Made by a program: the position numbers and the translations under genes. DNA of 63,364 nt, taken from a virus (lineage: Duplodnaviria; Caudoviricetes). Each line of letters begins with the position of its first letter. Within the stretch, counting starts at the first letter, position 1. The notes beneath the pieces are model-generated. The model was given only the letters and a program-made list of their open reading frames with translations. It was not told the DNA's origin and did no database searches. Shown here piece by piece: positions 18,863 through 28,851 of the stretch. The stretch spans positions 1 through 63,364 of the IMG/VR virus record IMGVR_UViG_3300034141_000032; one strand, 5' to 3'.

Positions 18863-19099
18863 CGGATCCTCATGTTGAAATTGTTATTTGGATACGCGGC
18901 AATTCCATTCTTGCTGGCTGATCCAGTCTTCTCTTTCGCTCTGGCACGGCTGTGATACCATTGGTTCGCATTCGAGACCAGTTCCGCTATGTAACAAGAT
19001 TCCTGGAAATAGCCTGCTGAGTCAACATCGTTTGATGGTCAACGCGAATAAATCTGGATGAACAGAAAGTCATGCTGATGGCATGAGAGGAATAGAAAA

Positions 19100-19774
19100 G
19101 TGGGTACTGATAAAGGTTCAGTCAAAAGCAAGTCAAAAGGGGCAAACACCCAGACTTCTCCTATGAGGCGCACCGATTGGGAGGCCATCGAGCGCGCCTA
19201 TCGCGCTGGCAAACTATCCATCCGTGAGATCGCAAAGAACCATGATGTATCGGACACCGCGATCCGCAAGAAGGCCACGGCCGGTGGATGGGAGCGCGAC
19301 CTAAGCGCCAGGGTAGACGAGAAGGTCAGGGTCGCACTGGTTCGCAACGAACTTCGCACTGCGAACCCGCAAACCGAGGAAGAACTGGTCGACCAGGCAG
19401 CCGAGCAGGTTGTCATTGTCGTGCGCAGCCATCGCAAGCGCATCAACCTGCAGACCGTTCTCGTAGACGTGCTGACGCAGCAGTTGATCGACGTGGCCGG
19501 GCGCCGGCATGACTTCGAGGAGGCGATCGAGGAAGAAACGGCCGACGACGAGAACGGCAAACGCCGCTCGGCGATGCTCAAGGCCGTGGCGCTGCCCACG
19601 CACGCCAGCACCGCGGTCAACCTGGCGAACGCCATGAAGACCCTGGTCGGGCTGGAGCGCCAGGCGTTCAACATCAAAGACGAGAGCGACACCACGCCGA
19701 ACGCTCTGGCTGACCTGATCAAGCAGGTGAGCGGCAACGGCCTGCCCGTGGTCCAGGACGAACCGGCCGAATGA
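19100..19774 (+). CDS. Terminase small subunit
   Basis: DWEAIERAYRAG.LSIREIAK.HDVSDTAIRKKA...GWERDL N-terminal HTH; directly upstream of TerL. Confidence 0.85.
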   Translation: MGTDKGSVKSKSKGANTQTSPMRRTDWEAIERAYRAGKLSIREIAKNHDVSDTAIRKKATAGGWERDLSARVDEKVRVALVRNELRTANPQTEEELVDQAAEQVVIVVRSHRKRINLQTVLVDVLTQQLIDVAGRRHDFEEAIEEETADDENGKRRSAMLKAVALPTHASTAVNLANAMKTLVGLERQAFNIKDESDTTPNALADLIKQVSGNGLPVVQDEPAE

Positions 19775-21333
19775 AATTCCCAGGACAGGCCGAGCAGGAA
19801 GCCGCAGCCGAGTTAGCCAAGAACCTGGCCGACCCGATGTGGCGCCTGTGCAACCTGTACAAGATCACGGTCAAGACCAAGGTGAAGGACGGCGAGGGCA
19901 AGGCCGACACCCTGGTCATCCAGTTCAAGCCGAACCGGGCGCAGCGCCGCTTCCTGGCCCGACTGTGGCATCGCAACATCATCTTGAAGGCCCGCCAGCT
20001 CGGCTTCACGACCCTGATCTGTATCGCATGGCTGGATCACGCCCTGTTCAACGACAACCAGCGCTGCGGCATCATCGCCCAGGACCGCGAGGCGGCCGAA
20101 GTGCTGTTCCGCGACAAGGTGAAGTTCGCCTACGACAACCTGCCGCCGGCGCTTCGTGCGGCCATGCCGCTGGCGCGCGACAGTGCGGCCGAACTGCTGT
20201 TCGCGCACAACAACAGTTCGGTGCGGGTCGGCACGTCGATGCGATCGGGCACGATCCACCGGCTGCACATCTCCGAATTCGGCAAGATCTGCGCCAAGTT
20301 CCCCCAGAAGGCAGCCGAAGTGATGACGGGCTCGATCCCGGCCGTGCCGCTTGATGGTGGCATCTTGGTCATCGAGAGCACCGCCGAGGGCAGGGAAGGC
20401 GACTTCTTCGATCTGACGCAGACCGCGCTGGGCCAGCAGCAGGCCGGCAAGACGCTCAACCAGCGAGACTACCGGATCCACTTCTATGCCTGGTGGGACG
20501 CGCCCGAGTACCGCATGGACCCGGCGAACGTCATCATCACCGACAAGGACCACGAGTATTTCAACGCGCTCGAGGTCAAGATCGGCCAGCCCATCGAGCA
20601 GGAGCAGCGCGCATGGTACGTGGCCACCCGCGACGCCGACTTCCGTGGCAAGCCAGAACGAATGTGGCAGGAGTACCCGTCCACGCCGGACGAGGCATTC
20701 CAGAAGTCGACCGAGGGCACCTACTACGTCCAGGAGCTGGCCCTGGCCCGCAAGCAGCGCCGCATCACCACCGTTCCATGGGAGAAGGCCATCCCGGTCA
20801 ACACGTTCTGGGACATCGGCCTGAATGACGAGATGGCGATCTGGTTCCACCAGCGCATCGGCGTGCAGAACCGCTTCATCCGGTACTACGAGGAGAGCGG
20901 TGAGAGCTTCAGCCACTTCGTCACCTACATGCAGGCGCTCGGCTATGTATGGGGCAAGCACTACCTGCCGCATGACGGCGACACCAAGCGCCTGGGCACG
21001 GTCCAGAACTGGACGCCCAAGCAGATGCTGGAAGACCTGGGCCTGCGCAACATCGAGATCGTCGAGCGCATCGACCGCGTGCAGACCGGCATTCAGATGA
21101 CGCGCGACGTGTTCGGTTCCTGCTGGTTCGACGAGACGGACTGCAAGCAGGGCATCATCCACCTGGAGAACTACCGCAAGGAGTGGGATCCACGCCTGGG
21201 CGTCTGGAAGGACGAGCCGCGCCACGACAAGGCCAGCAACGGCGCCGACGCATTCCGAGGCTTCGCGCAGGGCTACGAGGCCAACACGGGCGGCACATGG
21301 AAGCGCAGGAAATCGAACTGGAGGACGGCGTGA
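19771..21333 (+). CDS. Terminase large subunit
   Basis: ILKARQLGFTT Walker A, LHISEFG Walker B, VIESTAEG, WDIG and HDKASNGADAFR nuclease motifs. Confidence 0.95.
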   Translation: MKFPGQAEQEAAAELAKNLADPMWRLCNLYKITVKTKVKDGEGKADTLVIQFKPNRAQRRFLARLWHRNIILKARQLGFTTLICIAWLDHALFNDNQRCGIIAQDREAAEVLFRDKVKFAYDNLPPALRAAMPLARDSAAELLFAHNNSSVRVGTSMRSGTIHRLHISEFGKICAKFPQKAAEVMTGSIPAVPLDGGILVIESTAEGREGDFFDLTQTALGQQQAGKTLNQRDYRIHFYAWWDAPEYRMDPANVIITDKDHEYFNALEVKIGQPIEQEQRAWYVATRDADFRGKPERMWQEYPSTPDEAFQKSTEGTYYVQELALARKQRRITTVPWEKAIPVNTFWDIGLNDEMAIWFHQRIGVQNRFIRYYEESGESFSHFVTYMQALGYVWGKHYLPHDGDTKRLGTVQNWTPKQMLEDLGLRNIEIVERIDRVQTGIQMTRDVFGSCWFDETDCKQGIIHLENYRKEWDPRLGVWKDEPRHDKASNGADAFRGFAQGYEANTGGTWKRRKSNWRTA

Positions 21334-21590
21334 TCGCGCTGCCCGAAGGCACGACCCAGGTGCAGATCACCTGCGGGAAGCTGCGCATGGAAGCGTGGAA
21401 GCGCGGCGTAGCGCCCGACGATCCACAGCCGTGGACTGCCTTGTGGATGACGACGAGCCTAAAGGACGCGCTGCCTGCGCACCTGCAGGCGATCTGTCGG
21501 GGCGCGACGGCGCAGTCGGTCATCGAGCAGGCGCTGGCCGAACAAACGAACACGAATGCAGTACCAGAACCAGCAGCGGGCTGGGGCTAA
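21330..21590 (+). CDS. Hypothetical protein
   Basis: GTGA overlap with the TerL stop, GGAGG RBS. Confidence 0.55.
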   Translation: MIALPEGTTQVQITCGKLRMEAWKRGVAPDDPQPWTALWMTTSLKDALPAHLQAICRGATAQSVIEQALAEQTNTNAVPEPAAGWG

Positions 21591-21605
21591 CAACAGGGAG
21601 AAACC

Positions 21606-21896
21606 ATGGAATTCCACGAGAAACGGCCCGTCTTCATGGCCGCGCAGTTCACCGGCAAAACCGAGAGCGTCGATCGCATCGAGGAGATCATCAACATCAG
21701 CAGCTACACGATCACCAACGAGAAAGGGCAGGCCACCTTGGATATGGTCCAGTCCATTCCAAGCGGGGGCAATGAACCCACATTGAAATCGCTCAAGCTG
21801 CAACGCCATGACTGGTTGGTGCTGACCCCGGCTGGCGAAGTGCTGATCGTCGAGTCGCATCATTTTCGCCAGCGCTTTGAAGGAGCAACAGCATGA
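21606..21896 (+). CDS. Hypothetical protein
   Basis: GGGAG RBS; AAQFTG...DWLV...GE...F...FE pattern. Confidence 0.7.
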   Translation: MEFHEKRPVFMAAQFTGKTESVDRIEEIINISSYTITNEKGQATLDMVQSIPSGGNEPTLKSLKLQRHDWLVLTPAGEVLIVESHHFRQRFEGATA

Positions 21897-22342
21897 TCGG
21901 AGCATCGCAACGCCACGCCATCGACCTGACCCGTCATCATTTCATGCGGGAATGGAAGGATCTCGTCCTGTTCGGCACCTGGCTATACAACAACGATCAG
22001 GAGGCCGAGGAGCCGGCGCTGGTCGTCATGCCACGCCATCGGCGCGTCGACCCGGGCAAGGGAATTTTTCCTGTAGTCATCGCTTTATCAGTAGCGTTCC
22101 GATACAATGACCCGCGATATCTAGCGCAAGTTTCGCGTGCTTTCGCCAAAAGTCTCGGCTTTTCGGATGAAATCGCCAACGCGCACAAGATCGCCGAAGC
22201 AATCCACAGCCATCTTGGCGACCTGCTGAAAATGCCGGTCAGCCCGACGCAGCAGATCATCGTGGCCGATGCCACGGTCGATATCGGCGGCCGAAAGCGC
22301 AGCATCGAGGTCGTGGATTACCAGCCGCTGGCCCAGCTTTAA
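21893..22342 (+). CDS. Hypothetical protein
   Basis: 149 aa between TerL and portal; AGGAG RBS. Confidence 0.75.
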   Translation: MIGASQRHAIDLTRHHFMREWKDLVLFGTWLYNNDQEAEEPALVVMPRHRRVDPGKGIFPVVIALSVAFRYNDPRYLAQVSRAFAKSLGFSDEIANAHKIAEAIHSHLGDLLKMPVSPTQQIIVADATVDIGGRKRSIEVVDYQPLAQL

Positions 22343-22348
22343 CGGAAG

Positions 22349-24619
22349 GTGCCCGAAGTGTTCGATCTCGAAGACAAACTGACCACCAAGGTCACAAAAG
22401 GCGACACTCCGGTCGACCGCCTGCCGACAACCGAAGGCATGGAGCCGGACGAGGAAGTGGGAAACCCGCTCGACAGCGCCCAGACGCTCGAAACGCACTC
22501 CAAGATGCTGTCCTACTACCGCCAGGAGCTTGAGCGCCAGAGCGAGAACCGCCAGCAGCAGGCCACCGACGAGGACTACTACGACCATATTCAGTGGTCC
22601 GAGGAAGACGCCCAGGAGCTCAAGGCTCGCGGCCAGGCACCCATCTCCTACAACGTCATCGCCCAGACCCTGAACTGGATCATCGGTTCCGAAAAGCGCG
22701 GGCGCACCGACTTCAAGATCCTGCCGCGCGGGAAGGAAGACGCAAAGCCGGCCGAGTCCAAGACGAAATTTATGAAGTACCTGTCGGACGTGAACCGCAC
22801 GGTGTTCCACCGCTCGCGCGCGTTCGAGGACACCGCGAAGGTCGGCATCGGCTGGCTGGAAGACGGTGCCCAGGACGAGGACGACGGCGAGCAGCTTTAC
22901 ACGCGCTACGAGAACTGGCGCAACATGCTGTGGGACAGCGCCAGCACCGAGATCGATGGATCGGACATGCGTTACCTGTTCCGTTCGAAGTGGGTGGACG
23001 TGGACATTGCGATCGCCCTGTTCCCCGAGCGCCGCGCCGAGATCGAGCGCTCTGTTACCGATTCGGTCAGCTTCGGCTCTGCCGGCCTGATGGATGGCGA
23101 CGATGCGATGGACAGCGCCGAGGCCGAGCGTGAGAACAGCACAGGCGTGCACGGGGCCGTCACGATGCACCGCCGCCGGCGCGTGCGCCTGATCGAAGGC
23201 TGGTACCGCATGCCGATGCAGGTCAAGCGCATCCGTGGCGGCGCATTCAGCGGCCAGGCGTTCGAGGAGAGCGACCCGCGCCACGTCGATGACGTTGAAA
23301 CCGGCCGCGCCGTGTTGGTCGACAAGGTGATGATGCGGACCCGCGTTTGCATTATGACCCCGACCGCCATGCTGTACGACGACGTTTCGCCATACCGGCA
23401 CAACCGTTTCCCGTTCACCCCGATCTGGGCCTATCGCCGTGGGCGCGATGGCCTGCCGTATGGCGTGATCCGTGGCCTGCGCGACATCCAGGACGACATC
23501 AACAAGCGCGCATCGAAGGCGCTGCACATCCTGTCGACGAACAAGACAAACATGGAAGAAGGCGTTCTTCCAGACGGTATGACGGTCGAAGACTTTGCAG
23601 ATGAAAACGCTCGGCCTGATGCCATCAACGTCTTCCAAAAAGGCGCGCTGTCGAGCGGCAGGGTGCAGTTTGGTGTCGACCGCGAGCTGGCGCCGGCGCA
23701 CCTGGACCTGATGAGCCGCAACATCAACATGATCCAGCAGGTGGGCGGCGTCACCGATGAACTGCTGGGCCGCACTACCAATGCAGTATCGGGCATCGCA
23801 GTCGAGAAGCGCCAGGAGCAGGGCAGCATCTCGACCAACAAGCTATTCGACAACTTGCGCCTGGGCGTGCAGATGCAGGGCGAACTGCAGCTTGCCAATA
23901 TGGAGCAGTTCGTCACCGAGGAAAAGCAGTTCCGCATCACGAACCAGCGCGGCACGCCCGAGTTCCTGACGGTCAATGACGGTCTGCCAGAGAACGATAT
24001 CACCCGCACCAAGGCCGACTTCGTGATCAGCGAGGCCGACTGGCGCGCGACCATGCGTCAGGCCGCGACGGCGCAACTGACCGAGATGATGACCAAGATG
24101 CCGCCGCAAGTGGCGCTGGTCATGCTCGACCTGGTTGTCGAGAGCATGGACATCGAGAACCGCGACGAGATCGTCAAGCGGATCCGCCAGGTCAACGCCA
24201 TGCGCGACCCGGATGCGACCGAATTGACCGAGGAAGAAATCGCCGGGCAGCAGGCGCAGGCCAAGCAGCAGCAGTTGCAAGACGAGATGATGACGCTCGA
24301 GATACGCGAGCGCGCCGCCAAGGCAGCACTGTCCGAGATCCAGGCCAAGCGCGTGGAAGCCCAGATCGTCGGCGATGGCGTGACAGCCGCAAAGACCGCC
24401 ATGGAAGCGGCCACCGCCATCATCACCCAGCCGACGATCGCCACCGTGGCCGACAACCTGCTGATGGAAGCCGGCTGGAACGGCCAGGGCGGTGGCGCCC
24501 CGATCGCTGCACAAGGATTGCCGCCCGCCGCGGCTCAACAGCCACCAGCACCGCCACCACCGCCGCAGAGCGAGATGGCGCCGCCGATGGAACCACAACC
24601 ACAAGGAGCCCCACAATGA
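22349..24619 (+). CDS. Portal protein
   Basis: DYYDHIQWS..RGQAPISYNVI, YGVIRGLRDIQDDINKR, SGIAVEKRQEQG P22-like portal motifs; position. Confidence 0.9.
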   Translation: MPEVFDLEDKLTTKVTKGDTPVDRLPTTEGMEPDEEVGNPLDSAQTLETHSKMLSYYRQELERQSENRQQQATDEDYYDHIQWSEEDAQELKARGQAPISYNVIAQTLNWIIGSEKRGRTDFKILPRGKEDAKPAESKTKFMKYLSDVNRTVFHRSRAFEDTAKVGIGWLEDGAQDEDDGEQLYTRYENWRNMLWDSASTEIDGSDMRYLFRSKWVDVDIAIALFPERRAEIERSVTDSVSFGSAGLMDGDDAMDSAEAERENSTGVHGAVTMHRRRRVRLIEGWYRMPMQVKRIRGGAFSGQAFEESDPRHVDDVETGRAVLVDKVMMRTRVCIMTPTAMLYDDVSPYRHNRFPFTPIWAYRRGRDGLPYGVIRGLRDIQDDINKRASKALHILSTNKTNMEEGVLPDGMTVEDFADENARPDAINVFQKGALSSGRVQFGVDRELAPAHLDLMSRNINMIQQVGGVTDELLGRTTNAVSGIAVEKRQEQGSISTNKLFDNLRLGVQMQGELQLANMEQFVTEEKQFRITNQRGTPEFLTVNDGLPENDITRTKADFVISEADWRATMRQAATAQLTEMMTKMPPQVALVMLDLVVESMDIENRDEIVKRIRQVNAMRDPDATELTEEEIAGQQAQAKQQQLQDEMMTLEIRERAAKAALSEIQAKRVEAQIVGDGVTAAKTAMEAATAIITQPTIATVADNLLMEAGWNGQGGGAPIAAQGLPPAAAQQPPAPPPPPQSEMAPPMEPQPQGAPQ

Positions 24620-25527
24620 GCACCGTAGACCAGAACCAGGAAGAAGACGACGGCCTGACCCCAGAGGAACGCGCCGCGATGCAGATTACCGACGAGGAGA
24701 TTGGCAATGAAGCGACAACTACTGCAGCAGGCAGCGATGATGGCGCTGACACTGGCGCCGCTGACGATCCCAATGCAGTCGATCCAGCCGGTCCTGCCGC
24801 AGCCGCGCCAGCCAATGACGGCGCCGCAGCGCCAGCAGCCGCAGCCGCAGAACAGGAAGCAGCGCCGCAGCCTCAAGTACAGCAAAGCGCTCCGGTTCTA
24901 GTCGTCCCGGTCCCTGAAGACGTCGAGGCCCGCCTGGGCGCCGTCGCCGCACAGAAGGAGAAACTGGCCGAGGACTTCGACAACGGCGACATCACGGCCA
25001 AGGAATACCAGCAGCAGCTCGACGTGGCGAACAAGGCCGAGCGCGCCATCGAGCGCGAAGTCGATGAAGCACAACTGGCGGCCAAGATGGAGAACCAGCG
25101 CCAGCAGAACGAATGGGGCGCCACCGTCGGGGCATTCATCGCCGAGAACAAGGTCTATGACCCTGCCGCCAACCCGCGCATGCACCGCGCGCTGGACCAG
25201 GAAGTGCGCGACGTGGCCACCTTGCCCGAATTCCAGGGCCGCACCGATGCAGCAGCCGGGCGCGAGATCCTGGCGCGCGCGCACAAGAACCTGACGGAAG
25301 CGTTCGGACTCAAGGCACCAGAAGCGGCAGCACCACCCAAGCCCGGCCAGCCAGTCGTACCAAAGCCGGCCCTGCCGCCGACCATTGGCAAGCTGCCGGC
25401 GGCCGAGATCAGCGATACGGGCGGCAAGTTCGCCCACCTGGACCGCCTGCAGTCGAACCCGGACGCCTACGAGGCCGCCCTTGCTAAGTTGAGCGAAGCC
25501 GAACTCAACGCCTACCTGGCAGCGTAA
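24616..25527 (+). CDS. Scaffolding protein
   Basis: Acidic, Ala-rich, coiled-coil protein between portal and capsid. Confidence 0.75.
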   Translation: MSTVDQNQEEDDGLTPEERAAMQITDEEIGNEATTTAAGSDDGADTGAADDPNAVDPAGPAAAAPANDGAAAPAAAAAEQEAAPQPQVQQSAPVLVVPVPEDVEARLGAVAAQKEKLAEDFDNGDITAKEYQQQLDVANKAERAIEREVDEAQLAAKMENQRQQNEWGATVGAFIAENKVYDPAANPRMHRALDQEVRDVATLPEFQGRTDAAAGREILARAHKNLTEAFGLKAPEAAAPPKPGQPVVPKPALPPTIGKLPAAEISDTGGKFAHLDRLQSNPDAYEAALAKLSEAELNAYLAA

Positions 25528-25536
25528 GGGGAGCGA

Positions 25537-25728
25537 ATGCTACGGATAAACCTCAAGGTCGGTGAAAGCGTGCGGATCGGTGATTTTGCCGTGATCACGC
25601 TTGAGGAGAAGTCAGGCAAGGTGGCGCGGCTAGCAATCAATGCCGATCGCGCCGTCCCTGTTACCCGGGTACAGCCCAATACAGCAGCGCAAATCGCTGC
25701 CACGGGAGGCATCACCGGGCGACCGTAG
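25537..25728 (+). CDS. csrA: CsrA/RsmA-like RNA-binding protein
   Basis: MLRINLKVGESVRIGDFAVITLEEKSGKVARLAINADRAVPVTR aligns by eye with CsrA MLILTRRVGETLMIGD...VRIGVNAPKEVSVHR. Confidence 0.75.
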   Translation: MLRINLKVGESVRIGDFAVITLEEKSGKVARLAINADRAVPVTRVQPNTAAQIAATGGITGRP

Positions 25729-25747
25729 TATTTCCATTTGTCTATTC

Positions 25748-25846
25748 TGGTTGCATTTCCGAACCGGATAGGTGAAAATCGCACCATCCACCGGCGCAGG
25801 AGTGTAAGTGGCCTCGAAATTCAACCTTTTATGAGGCTTCACTCCC
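25748..25846 (+). promoter_or_regulatory. Capsid promoter/operator and structured leader
   Basis: TTGCAT(25751)-17-GAAAAT(25774); motif 25748-25766 is the exact reverse complement of 4072-4090; AGGA-loop hairpin 25788-25811. Confidence 0.6.
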
Positions 25847-26947
25847 ATGAGCTCTACTCAATTCGGCACCACCAATGCCATGACCCAGAAGAAGTGGAGC
25901 GGCACGCTTGCTCAAGATACGGTCAAGAAATCGTATTTTGAAGGCCGCTTCATCGGCACTTCCGACAACCACATCATCCAGCGCAAGACCGAGCTCGACT
26001 CGGATTCGGGCGATCGCATCAGCTTCGACCTGTGCGTCCAGCTCCGCAACAAGCCGACCTACGGTGACAACCGCGTGGAAGGCAAGGAAGAAGCGCTGAA
26101 GTTCTTCACCGACGAAGTGGTCATCGACCAGGTCCGTCACGCTGTCTCGCTGGGCGGCAAGATGTCCCGCAAGCGCGTCGCACACGACATGCGCACCATC
26201 GGCAAGGGCCGCATGGGCGACTACTTCTCGCGTCTGGTCGACGAGTTCTTCTTCATGTACCTCTCCGGCGCCCGCGGCATCAACGAGGACTTCATCGAGT
26301 CGACCGACTTCACCGGTTTCGCTGGCAATGCGTTCAACGCACCTGACACCGACCACTTGCTGTACGGCGGCGCGGCCACCTCGAAGGCGACCATTGCGGC
26401 CACCGACAAGATGACCCGCACCATCATCGAGCGCGCGCTGAACAAGGCCGCCATGATGCAGGCTCGCAACCCGGAAACGGCCAACATGGTGCCGGTATCG
26501 AACGGCTCGGACGATCAGTACGTCTGCCTGATGTCGGAAGACCAGGCGTATGACCTGCGCGTGTCGGACACCACCGGCTGGCTGGACTTCCAGAAGGCTG
26601 CCGCTGCTTCCGAAGGTCGTAACAACCCGATCTTCAAGGGCGGCCTGGGCCTGCTGGGCAACGCTGTGCTGCACAAGCACCGCTCGGTCATCCGCTTCAG
26701 CGACTACGGCGCCGGCGCCAACGTGAACGCGGCCCGCGCGCTGCTGATGGGTCGTCAGGCTGGTGTTGTGGCCTACGGCACCACCGGCGGCATGCGCTAC
26801 TCGTGGGAAGAAATCACGAAGGACTACAAGAACGAGCCTGCGATCGCCTCCGGTTTCATCGGCGGCATGAAGAAGGCCCGCTTCAACAACAAGGACTTCG
26901 GCGTGATCTCGATCGACACCGCAGCGAAAGATCCGAACGCAGCCTAA
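25847..26947 (+). CDS. Major capsid protein (N4-gp56/DUF4043 family)
   Basis: GDRISFDL..QLR...EGKEEAL.F..D.V.IDQVRH, NPIFKG.LG, DFGVISIDT; strong codon bias. Confidence 0.92.
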   Translation: MSSTQFGTTNAMTQKKWSGTLAQDTVKKSYFEGRFIGTSDNHIIQRKTELDSDSGDRISFDLCVQLRNKPTYGDNRVEGKEEALKFFTDEVVIDQVRHAVSLGGKMSRKRVAHDMRTIGKGRMGDYFSRLVDEFFFMYLSGARGINEDFIESTDFTGFAGNAFNAPDTDHLLYGGAATSKATIAATDKMTRTIIERALNKAAMMQARNPETANMVPVSNGSDDQYVCLMSEDQAYDLRVSDTTGWLDFQKAAAASEGRNNPIFKGGLGLLGNAVLHKHRSVIRFSDYGAGANVNAARALLMGRQAGVVAYGTTGGMRYSWEEITKDYKNEPAIASGFIGGMKKARFNNKDFGVISIDTAAKDPNAA

Positions 26948-26954
26948 TCCGGGC

Positions 26955-26979
26955 GGCCCGGGGTAACAGCCGGGCCTTT
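26955..26979 (+). terminator. Hairpin after capsid gene (weak terminator or mRNA stabiliser)
   Basis: GGCCCGG-N8-CCGGGCC followed by TTT. Confidence 0.45.
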
Positions 26980-27022
26980 CGACTAGCTGATCGGCCTTTT
27001 CTCACACATTTAGGAGTTTTAC

Positions 27023-27502
27023 ATGTCCACCCTTCTGTCCCGCTTTGCCAAGCGCATGCTGTCGACGATCACCAGCGCCAGCGCTGGCCAGGTCATCGCC
27101 AACGATTATTTCTTCGACATCACTGCCGCGCAGATCAACGCCGGCGAGATCATCGACCTGGGCGTCCTGCCTGCCGGCCACACCGTTTCCGACGCGATCC
27201 TGATTGCTGACGACCTGGACACCGGCGCTGCTGCTATCACCCTCGACGTCGGCATCATGTCCGGTACCCCGGGCGACGATGTCAGTGTCCGCACCTGCGG
27301 CGCCGAGATCTTCTCCGGCTCGGTCGGCGGTCAAGCCGGCGTGGTTGGCCGTCCGACCCTGGCTTCGGCCTTCAAGATCCTGCCAACCGATGCCGACCGC
27401 TCGATCGGCGTCAAGATTGTGGTCGACGCTGCCACGGCAGCCGCCGGCCGCATTCGCCTGCGCGTGTTCATGCACGCCAGCGACCCGAACGTCGCGTTCT
27501 AA
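27023..27502 (+). CDS. Virion structural protein (capsid decoration-like)
   Basis: 159 aa beta-rich protein directly after MCP; DDLDTG..LDVG motif. Confidence 0.75.
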   Translation: MSTLLSRFAKRMLSTITSASAGQVIANDYFFDITAAQINAGEIIDLGVLPAGHTVSDAILIADDLDTGAAAITLDVGIMSGTPGDDVSVRTCGAEIFSGSVGGQAGVVGRPTLASAFKILPTDADRSIGVKIVVDAATAAAGRIRLRVFMHASDPNVAF

Positions 27503-27516
27503 GCTGACGTCGTGAC

Positions 27517-27541
27517 AACAGGGGTTTCGGCCCCTGTTTTT
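27517..27541 (+). terminator. Rho-independent terminator
   Basis: AACAGGGG-TTTCGG-CCCCTGTT followed by a T-run. Confidence 0.8.
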
Positions 27542-27564
27542 CTATAATTCTTTGGGAGAAGAAC

Positions 27565-28176
27565 GTGAAAATCGAAAGCAAGATCAAGCGCGAGGGCGGC
27601 ACACACGTCCCGATGGGCGCCACTACCTACCACTTTGCCCCGCTCGCCGATGGCGCGCACGTTGCCACCGTCGAGAACGAGCAGCACCAAGATCGTTTCC
27701 TGTCGATCAGCGAGGGATTCCGCGTCTACCGCGGCGACCTGAAGCCAGCGCCTGTCGCGGCGACTGCGTCCGAGCTGGGCGTGAACCTCGAGCCGAAATT
27801 CGATCAAGAGCCTGACGCCGGCGCGCCCGTGCATGACGCGCTCTACGGCAGCAACGTTCACCCGGCCAGCTTTGACATCCACGGCAAGATCTACAGCCTG
27901 GGATACGTCGTAGCAGCAGCGCACACCGCGTCCGGCCTCTCCGTCGAAGAATGGAACCTCCTGGCCGACGAAAGCCGCGCCGACCTGATCGACGAAGCAC
28001 TGGAAACGATCAACGCTGCCGGCCCGGTCATCAATCCTGCCGATACGAACGGCGATGGCTTGGTCGATAACGCCGAGGAGCGCGCCGCGCTGGCCGTTCA
28101 GTACGAAGCAAAGTTCGGCAAGAAGCCGCACTACAACCTGGGCGTGGTCAAGCTGCGCGAGAAGCTGGCTGGCTAA
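27565..28176 (+). CDS. Virion-associated hypothetical protein
   Basis: 203 aa, GTG start with GGGAG RBS. Confidence 0.75.
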   Translation: MKIESKIKREGGTHVPMGATTYHFAPLADGAHVATVENEQHQDRFLSISEGFRVYRGDLKPAPVAATASELGVNLEPKFDQEPDAGAPVHDALYGSNVHPASFDIHGKIYSLGYVVAAAHTASGLSVEEWNLLADESRADLIDEALETINAAGPVINPADTNGDGLVDNAEERAALAVQYEAKFGKKPHYNLGVVKLREKLAG

Positions 28177-28179
28177 TCC

Positions 28180-28833
28180 ATGGGCATCCTGGTCAGCGAC
28201 ATCAATCTGCGCCTTGACGACTTGCTCAAGGACGAAAGCAGCAAGCGCTGGACTGATGCCGAGCGCCTGCGCTGGATCAATGACGCGCCAGGTGCCATCC
28301 TTTCCCGTAAGCCGTCCGCCCTGTCGCGCCGCACGATCCTGACACTCGTTGCCGGAACCTATCAGGCGCTGCCAACAGATAGCGTTCTTTTGCTCGACGT
28401 GGTGCGCAATATGGGCGCGTCCGGCACCACGGCCGGCAAGATCATCAGGCGCACGGATCGCCAGCAGCTCGACGATATCGACGATGGCTGGCACACGGCC
28501 ACGGCAAGCGAGATCATTGCGCAGTTCACTTTTGACGACCGGCTGCCAAAGGCCTTCTACTGCTACCCGCCCGCTGTCGCTGGCACCAAGGTCGAGATCC
28601 TGGATAGCTACCTGCCGGCCAAGGTCACGAGCATGAGCGACACGCTGGACGTTTCGCCCGAATACATGGACCCGATCGTCAACTACGTGGTGTACCGCGC
28701 CAACAGCAAGGATGACGAGTACTCCAACGCCGCGATTGCCGGCGCTTACCTGCAGGCGTTTGACGCGATGATCGGCACCAAAACGCAGGCGGACGCCCAG
28801 CATTCACCGAACCAACCAGGCAACAGCGTGTAA
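28180..28833 (+). CDS. Head-tail adaptor-like structural protein
   Basis: RWTDAERLRWINDA, FYCYPP, IVNYVVYRANSKD pattern; position. Confidence 0.7.
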   Translation: MGILVSDINLRLDDLLKDESSKRWTDAERLRWINDAPGAILSRKPSALSRRTILTLVAGTYQALPTDSVLLLDVVRNMGASGTTAGKIIRRTDRQQLDDIDDGWHTATASEIIAQFTFDDRLPKAFYCYPPAVAGTKVEILDSYLPAKVTSMSDTLDVSPEYMDPIVNYVVYRANSKDDEYSNAAIAGAYLQAFDAMIGTKTQADAQHSPNQPGNSV

Positions 28834-28851
28834 CCCTTAGAGAGCGACGGA

